Source: Lama glama (Eukaryota). Taken from it: DNA of 64,000 bases. Positions 50,273-63,960 of the stretch are shown here, in pieces. The stretch lies in the NCBI GenBank assembly GCA_028534125.1, contig CM052816.1:67458001-67522000 (forward strand), written 5' to 3'. The position numbers and the translations under genes were made by a program. The notes under the pieces were generated by a model. It ran no database searches. It was not told the DNA's origin and saw only the letters and a program-made list of their open reading frames with translations. Position 1 is the stretch's first letter; each line of letters starts with the position of its first letter.

Positions 50273-51299
50273 AGAAATTAGAGAGCAAATGTAGATAAGA
50301 GTTTCAAATGACTGCTTCTCTGGGTACAGGGGTTCTTTTGGAGTGAAAGAAATGTCTTAGAACTAGATAGGGGTGATGGCTGCACAACTATTTCACTTTT
50401 TCATATACATACATTCTACCAACATGGTCTACCTTCAGCTTTCCAATGGCTAAGGAATGACTAAAAAGGAAAGCAAAAAGCAAAAAATGAGTTACCTATA
50501 TTTCCCTTTCATGTCATCATTCTCACTTGGCTAATACAAGGATTAACATAGGTAAGAAAGGGTATGATAAGGTTCCTTGGTGATTCTTATTTGTTAGAAC
50601 ACCACTGCCTTTTTTTTTTTTTTCTTTGTTTTGGAGACAAATTCTGGTTCAAGCAGATAACATGGCCTCTGGGGGCTGCGATGGCCTTCCTCGTTACTCG
50701 GCCATAGATGCGATATGCTGCCTTGCACTTGCTTGGAGTCTATAGAGCTGTCCCCCCACCCCTTGTGAATCCACAGAAATTCTGTGCCTGTGGGCGTCAT
50801 GAATAGTATGTGCAACTGGAACAGCAGTAAAGAGCAGACACATATATTGTGCATGTCTCCTCTGTTGCTGTGCGGCTTCTTTGTGCCAACAAACTTCACT
50901 TGCAAAACACAAGTTCAAAGATAGAATTATTAAGAATTTGAAGACTGCACAGCAGAGCATTAAACCTAGTGTGGAGCATTTCTGAGCTCAGGGTCTTGTG
51001 CTATTGGGTATGTTGTAAGTCTATGAAGCCCATTCTGGTTCCAGGGCCCAAATGCAGCTTCTCAGGGTGTTTATCATGTGCTGAGCAAAAGGCAGAGCCT
51101 GGGAAAGTACTGCGATATTTGGGGACATCATTTGGAATTAAAATCAATTTTCTTAATTATTTAATTTCTAAATGGCATGGATTATGCAATAGCATTATGG
51201 GTGGGGAACTTAGACGTTTTCTAACTGGCAGGTCTCTTCTATGGCCCTATCTATCATTGTTTGATTTTCTAATTTTCTCTTCTTTATCTGTTCTGTCTC

Positions 51300-51890
51300 T
51301 AGTTTACAATTATAATTACCATTTAGTAAAATGCACAGGTCTTAAGTGTCCAGCTCACTGACTTTTTACCTATGTATACACCTATGTAACCACTGCCTGG
51401 GCATGATATGGAATATTTACATCACCCCAGATAGTTCTCTTGTGCCCATTCTCAGTCAGTAACCACCAATCACTCACCAAAGTTTGCCACTCTTCTGATT
51501 TCTAGTACTCTAGAATAGTTCTGCCTCCTTGTCTTTTCGATAACTTTATTTAAAAAAAAAAGGAATCAAACAGTGTATATTCTTTTGTGTCTGCTCTGCA
51601 TAATGTTTTTTGAGATTCATCCAGGCTGTTGCAGGTAGAATTTATCTATTCCAGTGTTAATGAACATTTGAGTTATTTCTAGGTTGGGGCTATTATCAAT
51701 TAAGCTGCTCTAAACATTCATGTTAAGTCTTTATGTGAACATTTGTTTTCTTTTCTCTTGGGTAAATACTTAAGAGTGAAAATGCTGAGTCATACAGTGG
51801 CAGATATTTTACTTGAGTAGAAACTGCCACAGAGTTTGCCGAAGTAGTTATACAATTTTACACTCTCACCAGCAATGTATGAGAACTCTC
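51300..51890 (-). mobile_element. Old L1 (L1MD/ME-like) 3' region
   Basis: ttttttgagattcatccaggctgttgc and caccagcaatgtatgagaa antisense motifs. Confidence 0.8.
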
Positions 51891-52944
51891 TTTTCTTTTG
51901 CTTCTTCCTTTTTCTGTTTTGCCTCCTTGCTTACCCAGCCTCATAATTGTTCCCATATAATTGAGAAGAGAGCTGTTAATTTAGGAACAAACTATGGTTA
52001 TAGCTAAAGAAGAGAAGGAACTGAAAGTCTGAGAAGGTCCTCAGCAATTTAGTAGTATCTTAGTACTATCGCAAAGAAAAAAAGTGTGTGTGTGTGTAGA
52101 GGAAATGTGTATTCTTCACGTATTCTTAGATAATTTATGGGACCAACTAGGAACTGGGAACTTTAGGAACATTGAACTTATTCCCCTGCTCTTTATATTT
52201 CAATGTAATCTTAAAAAATTAGCCATCCCAGAATAATGGGAGTCATTATTTTATTTAAAAAATCTGAGATATTTACAGATGGTTATGATGTGCAGCCTAC
52301 ATGTGACATTTGTAGAAGAGATAACTTAACAGATAGTACCGGATAATATTATCTGTTTTTATTGAATTCACTGAATAGTTTATTATTTAAGAGGCCTTAG
52401 CATTTCCTTTATATTTTCTTCAACAAAATCTTCCTTGTTTGTAAAATAGCTACAACATTTAAGATATGAAAAAACAGATACAGATATGTATACTATATAT
52501 ATATTTAAAATAACATTGCTAAGATCCTATGTCAAAGATAGAAGATAGCCCTAATATACAGCTGTGATTACCTGACCTGTCCAGTTTAAAGGGAAGCTGG
52601 GACATTAGGGGTTGCTGGTCAACAATAAGTGGCTGAGGGACCTGATCCCAGAAGAGGGCAGCCAAGAGCTTAGGAGAGACTGGGCTGAGACCCAGGGTGA
52701 CTATGAAAGCCATTCTTGTCCATTGTGGAAATTCCCGGGGAGATGTAAGACCAATTTGGGGCATAATGAACTCCAACTTGACTAGACTAGGAATTAAAAT
52801 TAGCAGAGGAAGCTAAGAACCAGCCCGAGCATCCCAGAATGAGAGTAAGAAAAAGCAGAAAGTTGCTGGCATGTGTCAAAGTCAGGGGCAAGAGAGAGAT
52901 GATAGATCAAGATCCACGAAAAGAACAGATTGACTCACAAGTTT

Positions 52945-53045
52945 TTCTATTATTTTTATTATTTTAATGGAGGTACTGTGGGGATTGAAGCCAGGTCCTC
53001 GTGCATGCTAAGCACACTAAATATGCTGAGCTCTACACACTCCTA
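52945..53045 (-). mobile_element. tRNA-derived SINE (more diverged copy)
   Basis: atggaggtactgtggggattgaagccaggtcctcgtgcatgctaagcac. Confidence 0.8.
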
Positions 53046-54475
53046 TCCCTGCTGCTCTTTCTATTTTTTAAAAAATATTTTCCCTTTAAAATATTCACAA
53101 TCATTATGATACCCTGGAAATTATAAGAAAGGTTCATTCTGATGATGAGTTTGGGGGCACTTTTAGGGATGGAAGCCAGAAGAAAGTTGTGATATACCAT
53201 TGTACCAGGCCTTTAGTCTCTCTTGAAGTACTTTTGAGAGTAAGGGCTAATGCTCAATTAAAAGCCATCTAGTTGGTAGCTGGAGTCTCCTATGTTACAA
53301 AACCTAGACAGGATTGGCCTGAATGCTCACTGCTTACTGTGGGAAGTCCAAAGCCCCTTCTGAGACTTCTGTGAATCTCTGGGAGCGAGGAGGCAGGTGT
53401 TGGGTATTACAGTCTTGTGGTCACCCTTATGTATGTAAAGCAAAGCATTTGGAACAAATCTTGGCACGCTTTACAGGTGATCATTATTTCCCCCTCTTCA
53501 TCTTCTTTCTCCTTCTCTTTTGCATCCTCCTCCTCTTTATTACTGTGATGACCTCTGACTCTGAGTTCCTGCTTCCACTGGACACTGGCCAGTCAATGCA
53601 CTGTCTCATCATTTCTTACTCAAGGTTACACATTCTGCACCACTTGGATCCATTGGTGAGTTCCATTCCCTTTCTCAGTTGATACACACTCAAAACCCCA
53701 CAACGCCCGTCTCCCCCCCAACACACATGGGTGTGTATATCTGTTAACTTGAAATCTTTTTCCTTTTATCAGAATTTAGTGAAAATTTGGGGTGACAAAT
53801 GTGATATGAATACTTCCAGCTCAGCAATGAACTCCTTCCACTTGAAAACTAGGCACTTCTTAAAAGCCCTTTCCCCAGGAGCTGTTCTATTGGCTTCCCA
53901 TCCATATAGAAGCTCAGCAACACTCTGGCTGACTTGTTTCTCTTCCTTTCTCCTGGGTCCTTTCTCTTTAGCACACTCTCCTTCCTGATTGCAGTCCCAT
54001 ATGCAAATTCTTATGCAGAGTACATAGTTCTGGCTGGTGTCTACTTCCAAGCTAAGGTCCAGACCCACTTTTGCATATTCAAACCCATCCAAATATTCAG
54101 CAGAATGAAAAGGCTTTTATTTACCATGCTCTATTCTCCTTCTCAGGACATTGGTGATTGTAAATTTCATTTTCTACCTCTTCTTTGCACAAGGCAGGTA
54201 GAGTGAGGGAGATTTAGTAGGAAGGTACTGGGAGAAAGACAAACTGGGATAGAAGTGGAGCATCCTAGGGAAGAGATTAACATTTGGAGAATAAGTATCC
54301 ATAGTAACATGGCAATTTCAGTCTGGAAACTCCAAACTTAGAGGAATTCCATTTGTAGGGAATTGAGGCATACTAAGAATTCTATCCAAAACAAATCAAA
54401 GGAGAGGAAGAGTAGAGACAAGACCCCCTCCAAACGGGGCTAATGGCTAAGATAGTCAACCAACTCCACACAGTT

Positions 54476-54600
54476 ATAGTCTTCTCTTGGTATTCAAGGG
54501 GTATTGGTTCCAGGACCCCCTGTGGATATTAAAATCTGGTCATGCTCAAGTCCATTATATAAAATGGTGTACTACAGTTGGCCTTCAGTATCTGCAGATT
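54476..54600. mobile_element. MER2-like Tigger fragment
   Basis: attggttccaggacccc...atgctcaagtccattatataaaatgg. Confidence 0.75.
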
Positions 54601-54979
54601 ATACGAGAGGACCTGATAAAACTTGCCCATATTCCTGGCACCTGTGTTGTGGGGCCTGAAGAAAACGTATGGAAGAAACCCCAAACTTGAAAAATCCACA
54701 TGAAAAGGACTTAAGTAAACATCCTAGCTGCTTGATATGGATCTGAAGATGCTCTGACACCTATGGTATAAGTAGTATTTTTTCCTTTTAGGGAAACAAC
54801 TGTGATTAAATAAAACTTACTGCTATCACTCTTAAAGAAGTTGTGCTAATCACTATGTACTTCCCCTTCCCACAAAATAAATTATACCTATTACAACAAG
54901 GATAAAGAAAATGTAATGGTAATATAATTTCACTGAAAATGTCTGATAACGATAGTATAGAGCTCATGTAGGAAGACAA

Positions 54980-55891
54980 ACGGACCAATGTAACAGAATA
55001 GGGGTCTTAGAAATATAGGGAAATTTGATATTTGACAAAAGTGGCATCACAAAACAACGTGGAAAGGATAGATTGTTTCTTAGGTAGCATGAGAAAACCA
55101 GATCACTATACAGAGAAAAATCGAGCTTGATCCTGAATTTTTTACTACATGCTAAGGGGACTCAAAATGGGTTTTACAACCTACTAAGGGAATAGAAGAT
55201 TCAGGGACTATCTTTATGAACCAGGGGAAAATATTTAAGCAAGACCGAAAAATACAAACATGAGACCAAAAAAAAAAAACTATTATAACCTCAAAAAATT
55301 TAAGGATTCCTATTTAATGAAGTACAAACTTAGGAGATAGATGACTGACTAGGAGAAGATATTAGCAATGACTAAAATCTACAGGGCATTAAAACTAGAC
55401 TATACAAAGAGTTCCTGAAAATCAGCAGGAATAAAATTGGAAACTGAATAGAAAAAGAGATAAAAGATATGAATAGGCAAGTTGAAGCAAGGGAAGCCCA
55501 AAGGGCTAACAAATAATGAAAAGATACTCAACCTCACTAGTAAGCAGGTTAAAAAAATTTAAAGCAAAAATGATACACCATTTTACACTCATCAAATTGG
55601 CAAAAACTGGAAAGGATGATACATATCAGTTTGGCAAGGTTATGAGGAAGAAGTGCAAACTGGTACAGGTATTCTAGAAAGCATCTGGCAGAACTCAGTG
55701 AACATAAATTAGTGCATGCTTCAGCCTCAGTTATCTCAGGGTATACAAATACCAGAGAAATTCTTGCAGGGATCTGAAGGAGAGTTACACAAGGATATTC
55801 ACTGCAGTGTTTATGTTAGTGGTGAGCCAGAGGAATGCTAGCGAATGGGTACATAAACGTGGTGGATGTGAAATGCTATGCATGTAGAAGC

Positions 55892-55926
<35 letters not shown>

Positions 55927-56930
55927 ACAGCAATATGGATAGATCATAAAAACATAAAAACTTAATACTGAGGAGGAAAGAAGAAATAGAACAGAATACA
56001 TAACACATATCATTGATGTAAATTAAAACAGAGACATGCAATACAAAAGTATGTATTTTACAAGAACATATATATTTTATAACCTGTATCAAACACATTA
56101 GAATAAGGAAAGGAAAACTGGATTTGAATTGAGGTTAAAAGAAACTAAAATAAACCAGTAATAGGCATTGCATAGCTGGACTTGATGTTAAACAATGAAT
56201 TGAGAGGAATGATTAACTAAATTTTCTGTAGCTGAGGTCTAATATGAAAGGAAAAAAACGAATAAATGAAAACAGTTTATGCTTATCCAGCATTAATCAC
56301 CTTGCAAATATTATGATTAAAGTAATAGATAATTAAAATACAAACACATTTAGGAACAACCGCATTACTGCATATTTAACGATGATATGAATTAGAGGGT
56401 TTTGGAAGGGGAAAAAAGAAAACAAAACGAATAGCACAAGAATGTTATTCTGTCCAAGTGAATTTATAACTTAACATCATTCCAGTCAAAACATCAATAG
56501 GATTTTTCTTAGCACTAGATAAAGCTGATGGAAAGTTCACTAGAGTGTACTAAACAGGTCAAAGTATCAAAGAATAGCTTCAAGGCCCAACCAGCCCCTA
56601 GGCATTTTGGCTATCCCAGCTGTGAGTGATTTTGGATCAGCCAGTCCCAGGTGCACGTCTAGCTTCAAAAAGAAGAGCAAAGAGGAGACAAGTAATTTTC
56701 AAGATGCTAAAGCACATAATGATACAACAGTAATTTATTTAATGGCACAAAATAGATCATGTAACTGAATAGAAACTTAGAAATAAAACATTATTACATA
56801 CCATAATTTAATATAGAATAAAAATGAAACAAAGGCAGAGGAAAGGATGATTTCATAAGACAACTAGATGATAACCTAGAGAAAATTAACCTAGAACCAT
56901 ACCTTATATATGTACCACAATAAGTCTGAA
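54980..56930 (+). mobile_element. Ancient L1ME-like fragments with (CA)n at about 55895-55923
   Basis: Degenerate ORF2 C-terminal and 3' UTR motifs. Confidence 0.7.
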
Positions 56931-58049
56931 GGATATTTTCCTTTTTAAATCAACTCTGCTAAACATTTTACATGTAGTATTTCATTTACTCTTTACAATA
57001 ACTGTAAGGTGGGTATAATCATCATAATCATTTTATAGATGAAAAACTGAGACAAAAATTTAAAAACTATTCCTCATCAAACCACTAGTATGTGGCAGAG
57101 TCAGGATTTGAACACAAGCTATATAATACCAGAAATTTGTTTTGTTTTTCAGAAATCTGCTTTTATCCAATGCATTATGAAGAGCCTACTGTCTGCCAGG
57201 CCCTGTCCTCAGCACTATATAAACATTATCTCATATAATCTTTGTGGTAGATTGCCTGCAAAGACAGCCAAAATTCCTCCCATCCCTGGAGGTGCTTACC
57301 ACTCCTCCTATCAAGAGGTGGAGTCTATTTCCTCTCCCCTTGAATTTGTACTGGCCTTATGACCTATTTTGGCTAGGTGCTTTGTGAGTTGTTTGTGCCT
57401 TTGCCTTCCATGGAACAGAAGAGAACACAGGAACATTTTTTTAAAGAAGAAATGATAGCATCAAAAGTATATCACATGTCTGTTAGCTCATGGCCTCAGT
57501 TTCCCATCATGCACTTAACTTTGCTTCCAAAAGAATTAGTGGCTTATAATTTAAAAATATGGAAATATATTTATAATGCATTTTATAATACATTTAACCA
57601 AGCATTTATCAGGTGTCACTGAAATTGCAGGTTTGAAAATTCTCTCTTTCTTTTTTGGGGAGAAAGATTAAAATGGAAGTATTGTGGGTGAAAACTAGAA
57701 CAAGATAGAAAGAACTGATACAATACGATCAATAAGGCTAAAATCACATTTGCATGGGAATTATAGCAAGGTACACTTTCCAAATTAAACTTAATGAGAA
57801 ATGAAATGAGGTAGATTCAAAATGTAATGGATGAGTTCATCCACTTGTATAAATGATATAACAAAGAAATTGTTCAACTATTAACTGAAGAATTTGGAAA
57901 ATATCCAAAAGGAGGCTTGTGTTAATTTCAGGGAGGCATGTTCAATGTTGCAACCAAGAAAATATCAGCTAGGGGTCAGAAATTCAAATTCAAATGCCCA
58001 AAGGGACCAGGCAGGTAATAGAAATAGATATATCAAACTTAGCTTTTTT

Positions 58050-58660
58050 TTAAAAAAAAAAATAGCAACCTATGGACTGGAATAAAATATTTGCCAATCA
58101 TAGATCCTATAAGGGAATAATCTCCAGAATATATTTTTTAAAAAACTTCTACAACTCAACAATGATTGAAAAATAATCTGATTTAAAAATGGGTAAAGAA
58201 CTTGATTAGACATTTCTTCAAAAAAGATCTTTACATGGCCAACAAGCACATGAAAAGATGCTCAACATCATGAGTCATTACAAAAATGTAAATCAAAACC
58301 ACACTGAGATAGGTTTTCACATCTATGAGAATGGCTGTTATCTAAAAATCAGAAAATATCCAATGCTGACAAGGACGTGGAGAAATTGGAATCGCTGTTG
58401 GTGGAAATGTAAAGTGTAGTCATTATTGAAAACAATATGGTGGTTCATCAAAAAATTCAAAATAGAATTACCATATGATTCAGCAATTCCACTTCTAATG
58501 CCCAAAATAATTGAAAGCAGGGACTCAAAAGATATTTGTGCATCTATGTACATAGCAGCATTATTCACAACAGCCAAAAGATGGAAGCAACCCAAGTGTG
58601 ACAGGTGAATGGATAAGCAAAATGTACTATATATGCAAAATATATTATTCAGCCTTAAAA
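58050..58660 (+). mobile_element. L1MA/MB-like ORF2 3' fragment
   Basis: ORF 58426..58608 (IELPYDSAIPLL...AALFTTAKRWKQPKC) is the L1 ORF2 C-terminus. Confidence 0.9.
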
Positions 58661-58806
58661 GGAGCCTTGTCTTATGATTGTTCCTTCCGCCGTGGTCTCA
58701 GAATAGGGCTGAAAAAGGAAGGCTTATTGGACTTGAATGACTTAGGAGATGAAGCAATGTGACTTTTCTTAGAGTTTGGAAACCAGACAATGGGTTATAT
58801 TGTTTC

Positions 58807-59238
58807 TGTGGTGGATACTGTCTTGCACCACCTAGAGCCCCTTTCAGAAACGAAGGACTTATTCCCCCAGCTGCCACGAGTGTTGTGAGCAGTCAGCGCT
58901 CAGCTGCCAGCCCTCTCTGGTGATTGCCTGGGTTTGAGAAAACTGCCTCGCCTAAGATCACCTGTCCTTTCAGGGCTGGCCTGCAGCCAGTAACTAATAA
59001 ATGTGAAGCATAGAGGCTGACTCTCTCTCCTCAAGTCTGGACAACTCTGAAGGGCCATCAGTCTGCAGAACAACCTCATGGGCCAGCTGAGGCCTTTGTT
59101 GGGCCAGCATCTCAGCTAGATTTCCTAATTCTGCTTTCTGCCTTTCCTTCCTTAGGGGTTGATCCTGAGAGCACGCCCTAACAAGGAAATTAGCTCATTT
59201 CTGTCACAGAGTCTCTATCTGGGAAACCCAACCTAAAA
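58807..59238 (+). mobile_element. LTR16-like ERV-L solo LTR
   Basis: tgtggtggatactg...gaaggacttattcccccagctg...ctgggaaacccaacctaa. Confidence 0.75.
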
Positions 59239-59969
59239 AAGGTTTCATATCAATTAGCTACTATTTTCCTGTAAATTTACTGCTGTTTGTACAGACAGTG
59301 TAAATGTCAAATTCACATTAATTATGTTTATTTTGTAATATAAATTAAGTGAAAGAATAAAAGGGAGGAAAGATGTAGGAGTAGGATAGGAAAATAGGTA
59401 GTAATTATTGAACTGTGAAAGAACATAAATTAGTATCATGAATTTAAAATTGAGTTTATGACTGTTTTGGTTCCATGAAATAACTTGGGTTAGTGATCAT
59501 TTTAATAAAATTAACATTGTGCCCAGCAAAGATTTACAGAGCATTCTAGCTTTTGTGCTGCTTGCTTTACGTCTCTTCTTCCATTGTCTTCAGTAAACAG
59601 CTCTTTGCTTTAAAGGTATGGGTTTAGGTTTGTTACCAGGTGCATCTAGAACAAACATCTTTGGGCGCAGGGAGGAGGTAAGCTTAAGTGAATTCCCTTT
59701 CAGTTGCTTCATCTCTAATGTGCTTGACAAAGATAGGGAAGGACTCATCTCTGTCAAGCAAGTGGGCAACAAAGATGCTGGCAAGATCCTTTCCCCTTGT
59801 TTTGCTCTCAACTGTGAGCCATAAGTAAGCAGAGATAACATGAAAGCAGCCCCATAGGCTAATGGTGAGCAGGGAAGTGCTGAAGACCAGGGAAGGAAGG
59901 GCTCACAGCGACAAGAGGTGGAGGGGACAGAAAAGGCTAGGGTGTCAACTGGAAAATTGTAAGCTCTTC

Positions 59970-61130
59970 ATTATTAACATTTAAGGGTACCGGTTCTGGA
60001 TCAGACTGCTTGGATTCAAAATCCTGGCTCTCTCTCAAGCTGTGTGACCTTGAACAAAGTCACTAAACTCTTCTGAACTTCTGTTTCCTGAAACTAAAAA
60101 TAGGGGGAAGGATAATTCTTACCCCACAGACTTGTCAAGATGAGTAACTGAGTTATTACCTGTAAAGCACCTAGAGCAATGCCTGGCCATGAAATTGCTT
60201 AATGAATGTTAAGCCTGGCCCTTCTAGACTGGGTGTTGGGGGCTGAACTCCTCAGACCCCCAGGAATGACCAAAGTGCATTGGAAATGGCATTAGCAAGA
60301 GCAGGAGAAAACAGCGTATCTTTTATTATATATTTAATTCAACAGACATTAATTAGCACCCAATCAATGGGGTGACCTGTGGGGACACAAAGATAATTCA
60401 GAGAGACCTTATGCCTCAAAAGCCTATTGGCAGGTGAGGAACACGTGGTCACCTGGCTTATGGTAAGTGGAGACTTATCCTTTGTGATTCACAGTGGAGT
60501 GAGTGGCGGGGTGGCATGCCACAGGCCAGTGGTCATTCTATGTAGAAAGCTCTCCTTGCATAAGGCTAGTGGTATAGGGTAGACAGCACAGGTATTAGAG
60601 TAAGACAGGCCTGACTTTGAATCTCTGATCTGCTTTGGGCAAGTTTGAGCATTGCTGAGCCTCAACTAGCTTCATCTGTAAAACGGGGATGATACTTACC
60701 TTATAGATTGTTGTAATAATTGAGATGATGCAGAGTAAATGCCTGCACAGATACTCAGTGAGTGTTAATTCACTGAACAAGCATTTATTGAGAACCTCTT
60801 CTTTCAGGTGCAGGATGGTGGAGATGTCAACCAAAACAAAGCATAACAAAACAAAAAGGAAAAAGATCTTGTTTTTAGTGTACTTGGGAAGGAAAAAAAG
60901 AAAAAAAAGAAAAAGAGAATATGTCCAGAAAGGCTTGCTGATAATATTTTAGAGTGCTTACTGTTGCTAAGAGCTATGGCAAGTTGAATGCTCTACACAG
61001 CTTAACTCGTTGGATTTTTACATAGTTGTGAATTGATCACTGTTATCCCCTAGTACTCCCATTTTACAGGTGAGAGACTAGAGAAGAGGCAAGACAGGTA
61101 GATGGTATTCAGATTGCACTGAACCTCAAA
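59970..61130. mobile_element. Cluster of MIR and L2 fragments
   Basis: MIR cores near 60040, 60640-60690 and 61060; L2 3' ends near 60335 and 60770. Confidence 0.7.
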
Positions 61131-61572
61131 GCAGAGGTCATGCAAAAGGTTTGAAGCCTGTGCTGGGCACTGTGATTGTCCTTCTCAGTCCACTCTTCAC
61201 CCTGCTCTGCCCCTCTCATGGCCCAGCAGGTAGACCTGGGAGGCCTAGAACAAGGACTGTGTTCCTGTCTTCCACTGGGCTTCAGCCATTGGTTATCCCA
61301 GAAGAGGACACAGGGATGAGCCAAGGTCAGGGCACTGACTCCCCTGACTCCCTCCCGGTGAGCTGACCTTGAACTGGTTGTGTTCCTCACTGAAGGCCAC
61401 ATCTTTTCTAAAGGAGGCCAACTTCACATGATTCTCTCCTCTTGGTTCTAGTTAATACTCCTTCCCCTCAAATCTCTACACTTGAGGAAACTACATCCAG
61501 GCTGCCACCAGCAGTAGATCACTGCACTATCCCTCATGGGTTTCCCCATACCCACACATTTGTAAACAGTTC

Positions 61573-61939
61573 TGTCAATGACAAAATTAATCAGTCTGTG
61601 AAAGAAATGGAAAACTTTATCTGAGCCAAACTGAAGATTATAACTCTAGGAACAGCCTCTCAGGAAGCTATGTTAGAGGTCAAAGCATAGTTATATAAGT
61701 TTTTGAGTCAGAGGGCTGTACATTAAATGACGTATTAGTGACAGTTTACACAATCCAGATCTACAGATACAAAGCAGGTAGTGGGTCATGGGTCATCGGG
61801 GCCCCTTACAAGATTAAGAAGGAATGTTATCTCCTAAGGAGTTCTGGTTAATACAGAAGCACAACACACACAAACAGGCACAGAAAAATTTTATGTTTAC
61901 ATTTTTCTCACCTTGCCATAAAATGTAAATTCTATCTCA
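61573..61939 (-). mobile_element. ERV1 solo LTR inserted in an older LTR33/LTR16-like fragment (about 61140-61570)
   Basis: TG...CA bounded; actttatctgagccaaactgaagattataac resembles antisense U5/R of ERV1 LTRs. Confidence 0.6.
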
Positions 61940-62559
61940 TACCTTTTAAAAGAAATCCATACATTTTCCTTCTCTGCTGCTATTTCCCCAGTCCAGGCTG
62001 CCCCTTCACTAGGTGACTAGTAGCATTCTAATTTGTTTTACTGTATCTGTTCTTTTTTGGGAAGGGGTGGCAGGAGGATTGAGGGAAGGAATAAAAATGA
62101 AATGATATCCTTCACTCTTCAGTCTACTCTTGACATCCTTCAATCTATTCTCTGGATGACAACCAAGTGATTAAAAAAAAACTTAAATCTGATAATATCA
62201 CCACTACCCTTCCCTCCCCTCCCACGCTTAAAAACCCTCAGTTGTGTCCTGTGGTTCTAAATCCAAAGATCAAAATCCTCATCATAGTATACAGGAAACT
62301 GCTTATCCATTTTCATTGCATTACTTTTACCATATTCCACCCACCCTGGCCTTCTCACCATCTCTTTCAATCACATGCTCCTTCCTTACTCAGCGCTCTA
62401 GAGTTCAGTATTTCCTCTGACTGGGACATTCTTCCCTCCTCTCCTTGCCTAAGTAACTTCTGCTTCTCCTTCAGATCTCAGATCACCTTCGTTCCTTAAG
62501 GAAGCCATCCCTGACTGCCCAGATAGGATTCTTTACTCTTTCAGTTCCAAGTGACAAGA

Positions 62560-62581
62560 AGGGAAAGAAAGTAAGAAAGAA

Positions 62582-62616
<35 letters not shown>

Positions 62617-62646
62617 GGGAAGGAAGGAAGAAAAAAAAGAAAAAAA
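62560..62646. repeat. (GAAA)n/(GGAA)n purine microsatellite
   Basis: Directly visible. Confidence 0.95.
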
Positions 62647-63007
62647 TCAATCACTTCATCAAACTAGCTTAAGTAGGAAGAGGGGACTGAGCTGGCTCAC
62701 ACCCCTAAAATGTTTATTGATACAAGGCTGGGTCCATGTGTTTAACTAATATCCTTGGACTCTCTTTCTTGGTTCCACCCTCCTCCGTTAGCTTCATCCT
62801 TAGGTTGTATCTGCTGTCTCAGGTTGTTCTCCTCATGTCGTGGCCACCGGCAGCCTCAAGTACATAGTTTGAGCTTCTCTGGTCAATTGAAGAAGTGCAT
62901 CTTATTCTTAATGGTTCCAGGAAAAGCCCTTGTAGCACTCTGGTTGGCCTGGCCTGAGTCACATGAAGCATTCTTGAACCAGTCGCTGTGGGTATGGGGG
63001 TGCAGTC

Positions 63008-63318
63008 CAGGCATACCTCAGAGATATTGGGGGTTTGGTTCCAGACCACCACAATAAAGTGAATATTGCAATAAAACAAGTGATAAATTTGTTGGTTTCT
63101 TAGTGCATGGAAAAGTTATGTTTACACCATACTGAAGTCTATTAAGTGTGCAATAGCATTAGTCTTAAAAAACAATGTGCCCTAATTAAAAATAATCCTG
63201 GAAAAGGCTGATCATCATCTGACAGTGCAGGGTTGCTACAAACCTTCAATTTACAAAAAAAAAAATATGCCATATCTGGAAATGCTATAAAGTGAAGCAC
63301 AATAGTGAGAAAGGCCTG
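63008..63318 (-). mobile_element. Internally deleted Tigger1-like element
   Basis: CAGGCATACCTCAGAGATATTG at the left end and ...GCCTG|ta at the right end. Confidence 0.85.
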
Positions 63319-63499
63319 TACTTTCACTAATCAGGACTAGGCCATGTGACTGTCAACGAAGTCAGTGGCGGGGTGAGTCCAGCCTGAACTGCATTGTCAG
63401 AGGATGGGGAAGGCGTGGTTTGCCAGAGAGAAATTGAAGGGCAGTTTCTAGGAGAAGAGGAAGATGTTGGACAGGGGAAGATAGATGTCTACTCTGTTA

Positions 63500-63960
63500 G
63501 GTTAGATCCTTAGTACACACTCTTGTAGCACCATGGACTTTTCCCTCATGGTACTACTCACAACTGCAATTTTACATTTATTTGTATGATGACTGTGTAT
63601 TCTTCCATTAGGCTGTACACTTCACAAGGCAAGCATGTTTTTGTTTTGTTTTACCTTATTAATATATCCCCAGCAAGTGCCTGCCTCCTGTGGGAGCACA
63701 ATAAATACCTTTTGAATAAATGAATGAACTGTGTTTTGGATATGTGTTTGGGTGTCATGGTGTCATTGAGTGTCATTATGTCATGGTGATTTTGGAGTTA
63801 GACGAATCTGAATTTCAGTGTTGGCTCCGTCACTAATTTGCTGTTACAGTAGTTAATAAATCGACTTTACTTTCCACATCTATGAAATAGCAGTAATAAC
63901 TGGTTCATTGGACTCTTTTGAGGATTCAGTAAGATAATGAAAGCAAAAGGTTGGTATATT
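63500..63960 (+). mobile_element. L2 3' end followed by MIR
   Basis: caataaataccttttgaataaatgaatgaa; ttggagttagacgaatctgaattt. Confidence 0.7.

Larger units (their letters stand above)
49541..51038 (+). mobile_element. MER45-like hAT DNA transposon carrying nested retroelements
   Basis: ctacataatttgagaggcccagtgcaaaa start and ctatgaagcccattctg end resemble MER45 termini. Confidence 0.7.

Noticed and set aside
50969..51361. 130-aa ORF (longest in the track)
   Set aside because: Starts in a MER45-like end and finishes in an antisense L1; non-ATG start and no recognisable domain.
53323..54206. Cluster of overlapping 85-119 aa ORFs
   Set aside because: Hydrophobic or charged stretches come from pyrimidine/purine low-complexity tracts; no coherent splice structure or homology recognised.
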